From positions 1 through 64,000 of IMG/VR virus record IMGVR_UViG_3300016482_000025: DNA of 64,000 nucleotides; one strand, 5' to 3'. Within the stretch, counting starts at the first letter, position 1. The number at the start of each line of letters is the position of its first letter. A model generated the notes under the pieces. It was given only the letters and a program-made list of their open reading frames with translations, made no database searches and was not told the DNA's origin. Positions 26,530-33,080 of this stretch are shown piece by piece. A program made the translations under genes and the position numbers. The DNA is from a virus.

Positions 26530-26723
26530 CAGAAGAATTTGAAAACTATCTTTCTCTCGCCAGTGAATATCAGGTTGTGGATTCTCGCGCTCTAACAGAG
26601 CTTTCCAGGGAAGAGCTTCTTGTTGAATTGGTCAAGGCAATGATTGCTATTGAAAAGCTTGATGATATTCAAACTTCTATTTCGGAAGTTATTAAGAATT
26701 GGCGGGATGATAAGCCGGTATGA
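26526..26723 (+). CDS. hypothetical protein
   Basis: 65-aa ORF, ATGA overlap. Confidence 0.45.
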   Translation: MTEEFENYLSLASEYQVVDSRALTELSREELLVELVKAMIAIEKLDDIQTSISEVIKNWRDDKPV

Positions 26724-26905
26724 AAGTTTATGTAGTGTATAAACATTATTATAATGGTCTTGAAGAGTGGTCGCATGTGGTTTCAATTCATATGTCAGAA
26801 GAAGGTGCTTATTTAAAAACTGAGTATCTTGAAGAGAAAGAGGGTTCTTCTGATCAATACCATGATTTAACTTTTTACTATGAAATGTGGGAAACAGAGG
26901 AATGA
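26720..26905 (+). CDS. hypothetical protein
   Basis: 61-aa ORF. Confidence 0.4.
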   Translation: MKVYVVYKHYYNGLEEWSHVVSIHMSEEGAYLKTEYLEEKEGSSDQYHDLTFYYEMWETEE

Positions 26906-27180
26906 ATAAAGAAATTGCAGAATGTCTTTTAAATTGGGATGAACACGAAGAAGAACAATTCTTTGAAGAAATTACCAATCCTGAGATTATTGGAAAAAGC
27001 CGTTGGTATCTTCAATACTCTCAAATTTTCCGTGATACACGCGATAGCTCTTATTGGGAAATTGTGTGGAGTCGTGGAGCAACAGAAAATCAGGATGAAG
27101 GACCGGAATCAATTAATGTGTTTCGTGTAGAACCTCAACAGGTTACAATAACCTCATTTGTTCGCGTAAAGGATAATTGA
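26902..27180 (+). CDS. hypothetical protein
   Basis: Start moved to ATG 26902 (ATGA overlap). Confidence 0.45.
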   Translation: MNKEIAECLLNWDEHEEEQFFEEITNPEIIGKSRWYLQYSQIFRDTRDSSYWEIVWSRGATENQDEGPESINVFRVEPQQVTITSFVRVKDN

Positions 27181-27181
27181 T

Positions 27182-27463
27182 ATGGAAACCGAACATTATA
27201 TTCCTTACACACGCTATGTCCTTCCTAATGGTCGTAAGGTCCATGAGACACTTCTTGTGTCTGCTGATACTTTTGATAAGGCCGCAGAGATTCTTAATAG
27301 TGGTCTTGTTTTTGAGGCTGAGATTCTTACTACTGGTGAGGTTTCTTTTACAATTGTTGATCCGGTTGAAGAGATTGATTTGGATATTCTTGTTGCAGCA
27401 AATGATGAAAATCTTCTTCCAAAGGTAGAAGAAATGATTCGTAATTTTAAGGTAGAACAATAA
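27182..27463 (+). CDS. hypothetical protein
   Basis: 93-aa ORF. Confidence 0.45.
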   Translation: METEHYIPYTRYVLPNGRKVHETLLVSADTFDKAAEILNSGLVFEAEILTTGEVSFTIVDPVEEIDLDILVAANDENLLPKVEEMIRNFKVEQ

Positions 27464-27912
27464 TGAAAAAGGTTATTTCTGCTGGTTATCAGCTTACAGT
27501 CACGTCATGGGAAAATGACGCCGATTGTTATATGACTAAGAGTATTGATGGTCTTAACCAAGACATGGTTCAATTTTATGTTGACATGTGTAAGCTTCTG
27601 GAAAGCCGTAATTCAGCTAATCGTGGTTTCGGAAACATGTATGATCCTTCCGAGACAGAGATTGACAAGTATTATGAAGCGTTGTATAATGTGTATATGA
27701 AGCATAAGAGCAATGTTATTTGGCCCGCATCTTGGGAAATTGAAAGCGTGGATGAAACCAATGTAAATGAAATTGGTGATATGTGCCACGAAATGCTTCT
27801 AGAATTGTTTGGATATGGAGCAGAAGGTTTTTATACTCGCGTTCTTGAAAAGTATGAAGTCCTTTATTTTCCAATTGACATTTATGCAGATGATGTAACG
27901 GAGAAGTTTTAA
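27463..27912 (+). CDS. hypothetical protein
   Basis: 149-aa ORF. Confidence 0.5.
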   Translation: MKKVISAGYQLTVTSWENDADCYMTKSIDGLNQDMVQFYVDMCKLLESRNSANRGFGNMYDPSETEIDKYYEALYNVYMKHKSNVIWPASWEIESVDETNVNEIGDMCHEMLLELFGYGAEGFYTRVLEKYEVLYFPIDIYADDVTEKF

Positions 27913-28073
27913 TGAAAAAGATTGATTGGGAAAGTCGAGCCAACCACCTTGCATATGCAATTTATCAATTAATTGAGGGTGATGATCCTGAATATGCTGC
28001 AAAGCTTCTTGAGGATTATGGCTATACAGACAAGGAAACCGGTGAGTGGATTTACGCCGAGGATGATGAATGA
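27912..28073 (+). CDS. small hypothetical protein (53 aa)
   Basis: TAATG overlap with the upstream gene. Confidence 0.35.
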   Translation: MKKIDWESRANHLAYAIYQLIEGDDPEYAAKLLEDYGYTDKETGEWIYAEDDE

Positions 28074-28261
28074 AGATTTATATTTTATATAAGTCTTATG
28101 CTTGCGCCGATGAAAATGAAAGATATCAATACATCTATTCTATTTTTGATTCGCTTGAAAAAGCTCAAGAAGTTTTAAATGAATTGAATAGAGAAAATAA
28201 ATCAAGTGTTGTTATCTATTACATAAAAGAAGAATTTGTGGTTATCACAAAAAACGCTTGA
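28070..28261 (+). CDS. hypothetical protein
   Basis: 63-aa ORF, ATGA overlap. Confidence 0.4.
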   Translation: MKIYILYKSYACADENERYQYIYSIFDSLEKAQEVLNELNRENKSSVVIYYIKEEFVVITKNA

Positions 28262-28286
28262 CAGATAGCACGAATACCAGTATATT
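28258..28286 (+). promoter_or_regulatory. sigma70-type early promoter
   Basis: TTGACA, 17 nt, TATATT. Confidence 0.6.
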
Positions 28287-28313
28287 GCCTTCATAGAGCA
28301 AAGGAAAGGTAAC

Positions 28314-28484
28314 ATGATTAGGATTCAGATCGAAGATGGTAGCCACAATTGGGTTACGGTTTCTCAGTGTAACGATGGTGATACCGATCTTGTTCCGTTT
28401 TATATGAAGGACGTTAAGGATCGGTATCCTGACAAGCGTGTTCGTGCTATTAACAACAAGGGTTCTCTTGTTGACATGATGTGA
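28314..28484 (+). CDS. small hypothetical protein (56 aa)
   Basis: First ORF after promoter 28258-28286. Confidence 0.4.
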   Translation: MIRIQIEDGSHNWVTVSQCNDGDTDLVPFYMKDVKDRYPDKRVRAINNKGSLVDMM

Positions 28485-28499
28485 GTATTGAGATATATA
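28471..28499 (+). promoter_or_regulatory. sigma70-type promoter for tRNA-Leu(CAA)
   Basis: TTGACA, 17 nt, TATATA; the tRNA starts 10 nt downstream. Confidence 0.6.
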
Positions 28500-28509
28500 C
28501 TCACTACAA

Positions 28510-28596
28510 GCCCGAATGGCGGAATGGCAGACGCGGCGCGCTCAAAACGCGCTCCCTTCGTGGGTGGGGGTGGGGGTTCAAGTCCCTCTTCGGGCA
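28510..28596 (+). tRNA. tRNA-Leu (anticodon CAA), class II
   Basis: Acceptor GCCCGAA/TTCGGGC; anticodon arm GCGCG-CTCAAAA-CGCGC; long variable arm; T loop TTCAAGT; CCA encoded at 28597-28599; own promoter 28471-28499. Confidence 0.85.
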
Positions 28597-29093
28597 CCAT
28601 TTCTTGAACAATAAGTATCTGTTTGTGAGTGACAATTAGGACACAAATAACGGAGATTTGTTATTCTATTATCCGTATTGATACCATTGATATGATCAAT
28701 ATGTAAAGTTAATTTTTTATTATTCCAATATTCTGTAAGCCCACATTCTTTACATTGTTTTTTTAAACCATATTCATCTAATAATCTATTTAAAGCAGTA
28801 GATGTTAAATGAACATCTTCTTTTAAAGATGAATGAATTGTATGTTTTGTGTTTTTTATTGATTGATTTTTTATAATTTTTGATGTTTGTTTGGTCAACC
28901 CTTTAGACCAACCTTGACCTGAAAAATGTGAAACATCTAATTCATATTCAATTATTTTATTTTTAATTGTTTTAAAATTACCACCTTTTAAAACTAAGTT
29001 TAAATGTCGTAAAACATCTGATATACTTTTTGATTGTTGTATTAAAGGCTGTAATAATTCTTTTGTATAATTATTTTTCTTTGGCATACACAT
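28578..29093 (-). CDS. HNH homing endonuclease
   Basis: HIDHINGINTDNRITNLRYLCPNCHSQTD; low GC; start taken at ATG 29093 (MCMPKK) after AAGGA; the 3' end overlaps tRNA-Leu(CAA) on the other strand. Confidence 0.8.
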   Translation of the reverse strand: MCMPKKNNYTKELLQPLIQQSKSISDVLRHLNLVLKGGNFKTIKNKIIEYELDVSHFSGQGWSKGLTKQTSKIIKNQSIKNTKHTIHSSLKEDVHLTSTALNRLLDEYGLKKQCKECGLTEYWNNKKLTLHIDHINGINTDNRITNLRYLCPNCHSQTDTYCSRNGARRGT

Positions 29094-29098
29094 ATTCC

Positions 29099-29127
29099 TT
29101 GACAATAAATGTGTTTACCTATATAGT
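29099..29127 (+). promoter_or_regulatory. sigma70-type promoter for the tRNA operon
   Basis: TTGACA, 17 nt, TATAGT; the tRNA starts 8 nt downstream. Confidence 0.6.
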
Positions 29128-29135
29128 TATAGTAT

Positions 29136-29210
29136 GGCCGTTTAGTCCAATCGGTAGGAGACAAGGCACTTAAAATGCTAACAGTATCAGTTCGAATCTG
29201 ATAACGGCTA
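29136..29210 (+). tRNA. tRNA with anticodon UAA (Leu codon family) but class I architecture
   Basis: Acceptor GGCCGTT/AACGGCT (G1-U72); anticodon loop CTTAAAA; 5-nt variable loop; T arm ATCAG-TTCGAAT-CTGAT; CCA encoded; promoter 29099-29127. Confidence 0.65.
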
Positions 29211-29221
29211 CCATTTTTTTT

Positions 29222-29304
29222 GTGGGTATGGCGTAATTGGCAGCCGCGCTAGACTTAGAATCTAGTGGTTAACAGCCGTGGGGGTTCAAGTCCCTCTACC
29301 CACA
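29222..29304 (+). tRNA. tRNA-Leu (anticodon UAG), class II
   Basis: Acceptor GTGGGTA/TACCCAC; anticodon arm CTAGA-CTTAGAA-TCTAG; long variable arm; T loop TTCAAGT; CCA encoded. Confidence 0.85.
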
Positions 29305-29370
29305 CCATTAAAAATCTACTACCATCGCATGGTTCTTACAGCGTCTTAAGAGAGACGAATAAAGTAGAGA

Positions 29371-29404
29371 GAAGCACTTAAAGGGGTGACGTGCTTCATT
29401 TTAT
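29371..29404 (+). terminator. hairpin followed by a T-rich tract
   Basis: GAAGCAC-13 nt-GTGCTTC followed by ATTTTAT. Confidence 0.35.
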
Positions 29405-29454
29405 AAAGGGATAGAAATGTCTTTTAATATTAATCTGGATAAATTTAAGTAAGT

Positions 29455-29832
29455 ATGAGCAAAGCTGATGTGAATTGGAATGTAGATATGCGTATTAAGG
29501 CAGAACGCGAGGAAGCGGAACGCAAGCGTAAGCTTGCAGAACAAAATGCAGAAGCCGACCGTCGCCGTCAGCAAGACAATACTGATAATATGATGGGTCT
29601 AGCGGTAGGTATTGCAACTGGTATTCCAATTAACATTACTCCGGGTGCAATTGTTGGTGCTGCTATTCATCATAGCAATCACACACCTTCCCCGACGCCT
29701 GCAACAGAGACTTATGAAAGCCCAAAGCCTTCATATGATTCAGGTTCTTCTTCATATGATTCAGGTTCTTCTTCATATGATTCAGGAAGTAGCAGCGGTG
29801 GTGGAAGTTTTGACACTGGTGGTAGCTTCTAA
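29455..29832 (+). CDS. membrane protein with glycine-zipper segment and SYDSGSS repeats
   Basis: GLAVGIATGIPINITPGAIVGAAI; C-terminal SYDSGSS x3 then SGGGSFDTGGSF. Confidence 0.5.
   Translation: MSKADVNWNVDMRIKAEREEAERKRKLAEQNAEADRRRQQDNTDNMMGLAVGIATGIPINITPGAIVGAAIHHSNHTPSPTPATETYESPKPSYDSGSSSYDSGSSSYDSGSSSGGGSFDTGGSF
29731..29793 (+). repeat. 3 x 21-bp in-frame tandem repeat
   Basis: TCATATGATTCAGGTTCTTCT appears twice exactly, and the third copy diverges at its end. Confidence 0.9.
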
Positions 29833-30010
29833 GAGACGTGCCGTTATCCAACGGCTAGTGTTCCTCGCATGACGAGAAGCGGCTTGGATAGCCGTAGAGG
29901 GGTTTCCGGTTAGGTGAACCGGCGCTGGCAGCGCGAGAGTCTTGTAGCGGGCAGCGGAGAGGGTTTCCCCGAGAGGGGTAGCCTTAAAAGCGGGTTATGG
30001 GAAGCACTTA
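29833..30010 (+). ncRNA. GC-rich multi-hairpin spacer, candidate structured RNA
   Basis: No ORF; consecutive hairpins GCCGTT-ATCC-AACGGC, CGGCT-TGGAT-AGCCG, CCGGTT-AGGTG-AACCGG, CCCC-GAGA-GGGG; abuts tRNA-Gln. Confidence 0.3.
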
Positions 30011-30083
30011 TGGAGGGTCGTCTAACTGGCAGGACACGAGACTTTGAATCTCGGTAATATAGGTTCGAATCCTATCCCTCCAA
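30011..30083 (+). tRNA. tRNA-Gln (anticodon UUG)
   Basis: Acceptor TGGAGGG/CCCTCCA; anticodon arm CGAGA-CTTTGAA-TCTCG; T arm ATAGG-TTCGAAT-CCTAT; CCA encoded. Confidence 0.85.
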
Positions 30084-30097
30084 CCAGTTTTAATTGT

Positions 30098-30190
30098 GTC
30101 GGGTGAGTCTAGGGGTCTAGAGAGAATCCATAGGAATTGCGATGGGGGATTCCATAAGCAATCATTGCCGTTCAAATCGGCAACCCGGCT
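30098..30190 (+). ncRNA. 93-nt tRNA-like RNA with no identifiable anticodon arm
   Basis: Acceptor GTCGGGT/ACCCGGC; T arm TGCCG-TTCAAAT-CGGCA; CCA encoded; the interior folds as TCTA-GGGGTC-TAGA and GAATCC-17 nt-GGATTC instead of D and anticodon arms. Confidence 0.45.
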
Positions 30191-30208
30191 CCATTTTAGG
30201 ATTATATT

Positions 30209-30484
30209 ATGAGATATAATAATGGGCATGTTGATACAGGTAAAAGAATACAAACTAATTTAAAATGTTGGAATTGTGGTTCTTCTGAATATTATCAAAC
30301 TGTTTCAATTGAACATTGTCCATCATGTGGTATTCGTTGTGACTATTGTGGTTCTGGTGTTAATGAAAAATATGAATCTGCTTCAAATGCAAAACATCAG
30401 AGAGAAGAATACGAAAGAGAAGAGCGTTTAAGAAAAGAGCTTGAACAAGAAAGAGAATGGTTTTATTATGATGAATGTGATTGA
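30209..30484 (+). CDS. zinc-ribbon protein
   Basis: CWNCGS...CPSCG...CDYCGS. Confidence 0.5.
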   Translation: MRYNNGHVDTGKRIQTNLKCWNCGSSEYYQTVSIEHCPSCGIRCDYCGSGVNEKYESASNAKHQREEYEREERLRKELEQEREWFYYDECD

Positions 30485-30683
30485 GATTATCAATAATTCA
30501 GAGAAAGAAAAGCTTGACTTCCTCTTTGATCTTTGGTATAAGATAGAAGACAAACAAGAGAAAGATAAGCTTCAAGCTGTAATAGTTATAGTGAAAGAGT
30601 TTTATCAAAATAAACGTTTGATATTCCAAGCCATGGAATGTAATAAAAAGTTACAGCATAAACCAAATTATGATGAAATGTGA
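30468..30683 (+). CDS. hypothetical protein
   Basis: Start moved to ATG 30468. Confidence 0.4.
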   Translation: MMNVIEIINNSEKEKLDFLFDLWYKIEDKQEKDKLQAVIVIVKEFYQNKRLIFQAMECNKKLQHKPNYDEM

Positions 30684-30696
30684 AAGGATTTATATT

Positions 30697-31119
30697 ATGA
30701 AGATGTCAGTTCTTACTCGCCGTTGGATTGATGCGCTGCGTTCTGGAAATTATAAGCAAACTTCCGGTTGTCTTAAGAATGATGACGGTTTTTGTTGCCT
30801 TGGTGTTGCAGCCGATGTAATGGCACCTTCTGAGTGGCGTAAGACTGTTGATTCTGATGGATATTATTCTTTCCGTAAGATGGGCGATGTTGGTTTGCTT
30901 AAACACGATGATTTTCTTCGCCTTGTTCCTAATTACGTTCAAGATCGTCTTGATTTTTCTATTTCTGCTGATGATCTTGCTGAATTGAATGATAGTTACG
31001 ATTTTACTTTCCCTATGATTGCAGATGTGGTAGAGTCTTGGTGGAGTAAGAATCCTCTTGATCCTAATGACGCTCATGACCGCAAGACTATTCAGCGCAA
31101 GCATGGTGTAATTAAGTAA
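30697..31119 (+). CDS. hypothetical protein
   Basis: AAAGGATTTATATTATG initiation region; WIDALRSGNYKQ...CCLGV. Confidence 0.5.
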   Translation: MKMSVLTRRWIDALRSGNYKQTSGCLKNDDGFCCLGVAADVMAPSEWRKTVDSDGYYSFRKMGDVGLLKHDDFLRLVPNYVQDRLDFSISADDLAELNDSYDFTFPMIADVVESWWSKNPLDPNDAHDRKTIQRKHGVIK

Positions 31120-31132
31120 TATATACAGTCAA

Positions 31133-31222
31133 GGAAGGTTGGCAGAGTCCGGCTTATTGCGCTCGCCTTGAAAGCGAGAGAAGGTTAATAGCCTTCCGTG
31201 GGTTCAAATCCTACACCTTCCG
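31133..31222 (+). tRNA. tRNA-Ser (anticodon UGA), class II
   Basis: Acceptor GGAAGGT/ACCTTCC; anticodon arm CTCGC-CTTGAAA-GCGAG; long variable arm; T loop TTCAAAT; CCA encoded. Confidence 0.85.
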
Positions 31223-31228
31223 CCAGTT

Positions 31229-31341
31229 TGTGGTAAGGAAAGTCTTATAATTCTAGACGTATAAGAGCAGACTGATCATCTGTAAACGGAGAATGGGCAA
31301 CCGATGCGCTTGAACGCTAGGTGGATACCTCACCGGCCACA
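31229..31341 (+). ncRNA. 113-nt RNA candidate with acceptor-like terminal helix and adjacent 3' hairpin
   Basis: TGTGGT (31229-31234) pairs with GCCACA (31336-31341); GGTG-GATACCT-CACC hairpin just before the 3' strand; TTTT follows. Confidence 0.3.
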
Positions 31342-31533
31342 TTTTGATCTTTAAATTTAAGAGTTTAGTGTTCCCGAAAGGGGTTTAGTAAATAACAATA
31401 GTGGTAGATATCGGTCGTAAGGCTATCTGAGTTATTGAAAGGCGTGTGAAGCGACAGGGGGTGGCTCGGGTAGCAAGCCTGGAAGGTGGTTCGATTCCAA
31501 CACATAACACTAAAATTTTGAAAGGATTATGTT

Positions 31534-31734
31534 ATGGAACAAGTGACATATATTACATATAATGTGATAGTTAGAAAGAATGATTCTTTTCTTGGTGAAA
31601 ATAAATTCACTGATTTAGAAGATGTAAAAATATTTGTAAATTATCTAAAGTGTAATAAACAAATTGTATGTAAAGTTTTTCGTGTAACAAATTGGCGTCC
31701 TGTTCATGAAGAAATTAATTTGGATGATTTTTAA
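31534..31734 (+). CDS. hypothetical protein
   Basis: GAAAGGATTATGTTATG initiation region. Confidence 0.45.
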   Translation: MEQVTYITYNVIVRKNDSFLGENKFTDLEDVKIFVNYLKCNKQIVCKVFRVTNWRPVHEEINLDDF

Positions 31735-31740
31735 GATTGA

Positions 31741-31833
31741 TGGCGTGTAGCTCAATTGGCAGAGCGGTGGCCTTATACTCCACGTATGCACTAGATTGGT
31801 GCGCGGTTGCAGGTTCAAGTCCTGCCACGCCAA
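31741..31833 (+). tRNA. tRNA with anticodon UAU (Ile AUA) and a 25-nt variable region
   Basis: Acceptor TGGCGTG/CACGCCA; D arm GCTC-AATTGGCA-GAGC; anticodon loop CTTATAC on a 4-bp stem plus a C-U mismatch; T arm GCAGG-TTCAAGT-CCTGC; CCA encoded; 93 nt. Confidence 0.6.
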
Positions 31834-31838
31834 CCATT

Positions 31839-32027
31839 ATGGAAAAGAAAATGACTATCATTTATTTCATATTAGCATTCACAATTATAAATGTTACTGA
31901 TAGTCGTAATTGGGAAGAAGGAACAGTTATTGCTCGCTCTTGTGCAGAAGCAATTTCTTATGTTCAAAATGGTTTAAGAGAAAACCAGAGATTAATTGTT
32001 GATGGGTGTATAGAATTGGCTCGATAA
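31839..32027 (+). CDS. small secreted or membrane protein (62 aa)
   Basis: Start moved to ATG 31839 because the longer ORF overlaps the tRNA; hydrophobic N-terminus. Confidence 0.4.
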   Translation: MEKKMTIIYFILAFTIINVTDSRNWEEGTVIARSCAEAISYVQNGLRENQRLIVDGCIELAR

Positions 32028-32032
32028 ATAGC

Positions 32033-32061
32033 TTGACAGAATACCCTCTTTAGTGTAGGGT
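32033..32061 (+). promoter_or_regulatory. sigma70-type promoter for sRNA candidate 32066-32188
   Basis: TTGACA, 17 nt, TAGGGT. Confidence 0.45.
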
Positions 32062-32065
32062 AACA

Positions 32066-32188
32066 TAGTAGGGACTAAGAAAGAGTAACCGAGACAACTT
32101 TCTGAATGGATAGACAAGTGTTGATGCTGGCAGCCGTTAAATGACCTTCTCAGGTCTTGCATCATCGTCCAAGTCCCTGCCTTTTTTT
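32066..32188 (+). ncRNA. about 120-nt small RNA candidate with its own promoter and a T7 run
   Basis: Promoter 32033-32061; TAGGGAC (32069-32075) pairs with GTCCCTG (32173-32179), followed by CC and TTTTTTT; no ORF. Confidence 0.4.
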
Positions 32189-32199
32189 AGGATTTAATA

Positions 32200-32325
32200 A
32201 TGTTTGATATGTTAATGGAGCAAATTCTAATTGATATTGGTGGTATTATTCTTGTTCTTATTTTAATTGGTGTTGGTATTGGTTATTTTGTAAGATCAAG
32301 GGTGAATATCAAAAAGGATTCCTGA
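32200..32325 (+). CDS. small membrane protein (41 aa)
   Basis: AGGATTTAATAATG; IGGIILVLILIGVGIGYFV. Confidence 0.4.
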   Translation: MFDMLMEQILIDIGGIILVLILIGVGIGYFVRSRVNIKKDS

Positions 32326-32460
32326 AACAGATTGAGTAGCTAACAATCATGTCAGGCAGGGGATAATTTATAAACTATAACAGGTTGCCACCCATGGAAG
32401 AGTGGTTGTAAAACGAATAATTCCTGATGTTTTTAAAAATCCCCGTAAGAATACCGCGCT

Positions 32461-32548
32461 TGGCCCGTCGCGGGATATAAGTCTTCGGGGTGAGGGTTGA
32501 CACCACAGGTCCAATCTGTTATATGTCAGCAGTAAGCTAACGGGCCAG
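32461..32548 (+). ncRNA. 88-nt tRNA-like candidate inside a 229-nt GC-rich spacer
   Basis: TGGCCCG pairs with CGGGCCA, followed by G, CCA and GTTTT exactly as after bona fide tRNAs here; an ACAG-GTCCAAT-CTGT hairpin looks like an anticodon arm but D and T arms are aberrant. Confidence 0.3.
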
Positions 32549-32566
32549 CCAGTTTTGGAGTTTGTC

Positions 32567-32935
32567 ATGGAAAATATTAGTGAATTGAATACTTCTGAGC
32601 TTAAACGTAAGTATCGTGAAGCACAAGAGCTTTCCAAGAAAATTGAACAAGAAGTAAACAAGCGTCATGAAGAAGAGCTTGTTGAAAGTAACCGTGTAAT
32701 TACAGAACAACCTATTGCTCAATTTGCAATTAAGCTTCATAATAAGTTTTGTAAGTGGAATCATACTGATGGTTGCTCTTGGCATTATGAAATGGTAAAT
32801 CGTGAGCATGATTGGTCGCGTGATGAACATCGTAGATGGATGAATAAAGCTATTAATTTGGATATGCGTCTAAAAAATGGTGTAACGATTAATAGCGAAA
32901 ACTACTTCGATATTGTTGACAAGCTGATGCCATAG
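32567..32935 (+). CDS. hypothetical protein
   Basis: Start moved to ATG 32567 after GGAG. Confidence 0.5.
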   Translation: MENISELNTSELKRKYREAQELSKKIEQEVNKRHEEELVESNRVITEQPIAQFAIKLHNKFCKWNHTDGCSWHYEMVNREHDWSRDEHRRWMNKAINLDMRLKNGVTINSENYFDIVDKLMP

Positions 32936-32944
32936 TGCTATAAG
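32916..32944 (+). promoter_or_regulatory. sigma70-type promoter for the 118-nt tRNA-like RNAs
   Basis: TTGACA, 17 nt, TATAAG; the RNA 5' end (32954) lies 9 nt downstream. Confidence 0.55.
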
Positions 32945-32953
32945 GATATACAT

Positions 32954-33071
32954 GGGGAGGGCGAGGTTAGCGGCGACGGCTGCTTTCGAGGAAGACGTTT
33001 CTCTTGCTGGTTTGGTGAAGCCTCTGGCCCTGTATGGAGCCAGGACGGGGGTTCAAGTCCCACCCTCCCCA
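32954..33071 (+). ncRNA. 118-nt tRNA-like RNA (acceptor stem plus T arm only), copy 1
   Basis: GGGGAGG/CCTCCCC 7-bp terminal helix; GGACGGGGGTTCAAGTCCCAC T arm; starts about 10 nt after the -10 box of promoter 32916-32944; no cloverleaf interior; no encoded CCA. Confidence 0.5.
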
Positions 33072-33080
33072 ACAATTTTT

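Noticed and set aside
30008-30253. 81-aa minus-strand ORF
   Set aside because: It lies antisense over tRNA-Gln and the 93-nt tRNA-like RNA.
31737-31838. N-terminal extension of the ORF at 31737-32027
   Set aside because: The extension is the tRNA(UAU) gene read as protein. The CDS was trimmed to ATG 31839.
32954-33071. Possible tmRNA: 5' GGGGAGGGCGAGGTTAGCGGCGACGG and 3' GGACGGGGGTTCAAGTCCCACCCTCCCC resemble the tmRNA tRNA-like domain consensus
   Set aside because: It is only 118 nt, with no room for pseudoknots. It has no G3-U70 alanine identity pair and no encoded CCA. No short tag reading frame ends in a stop in the expected position. It is kept as a generic tRNA-like RNA instead.
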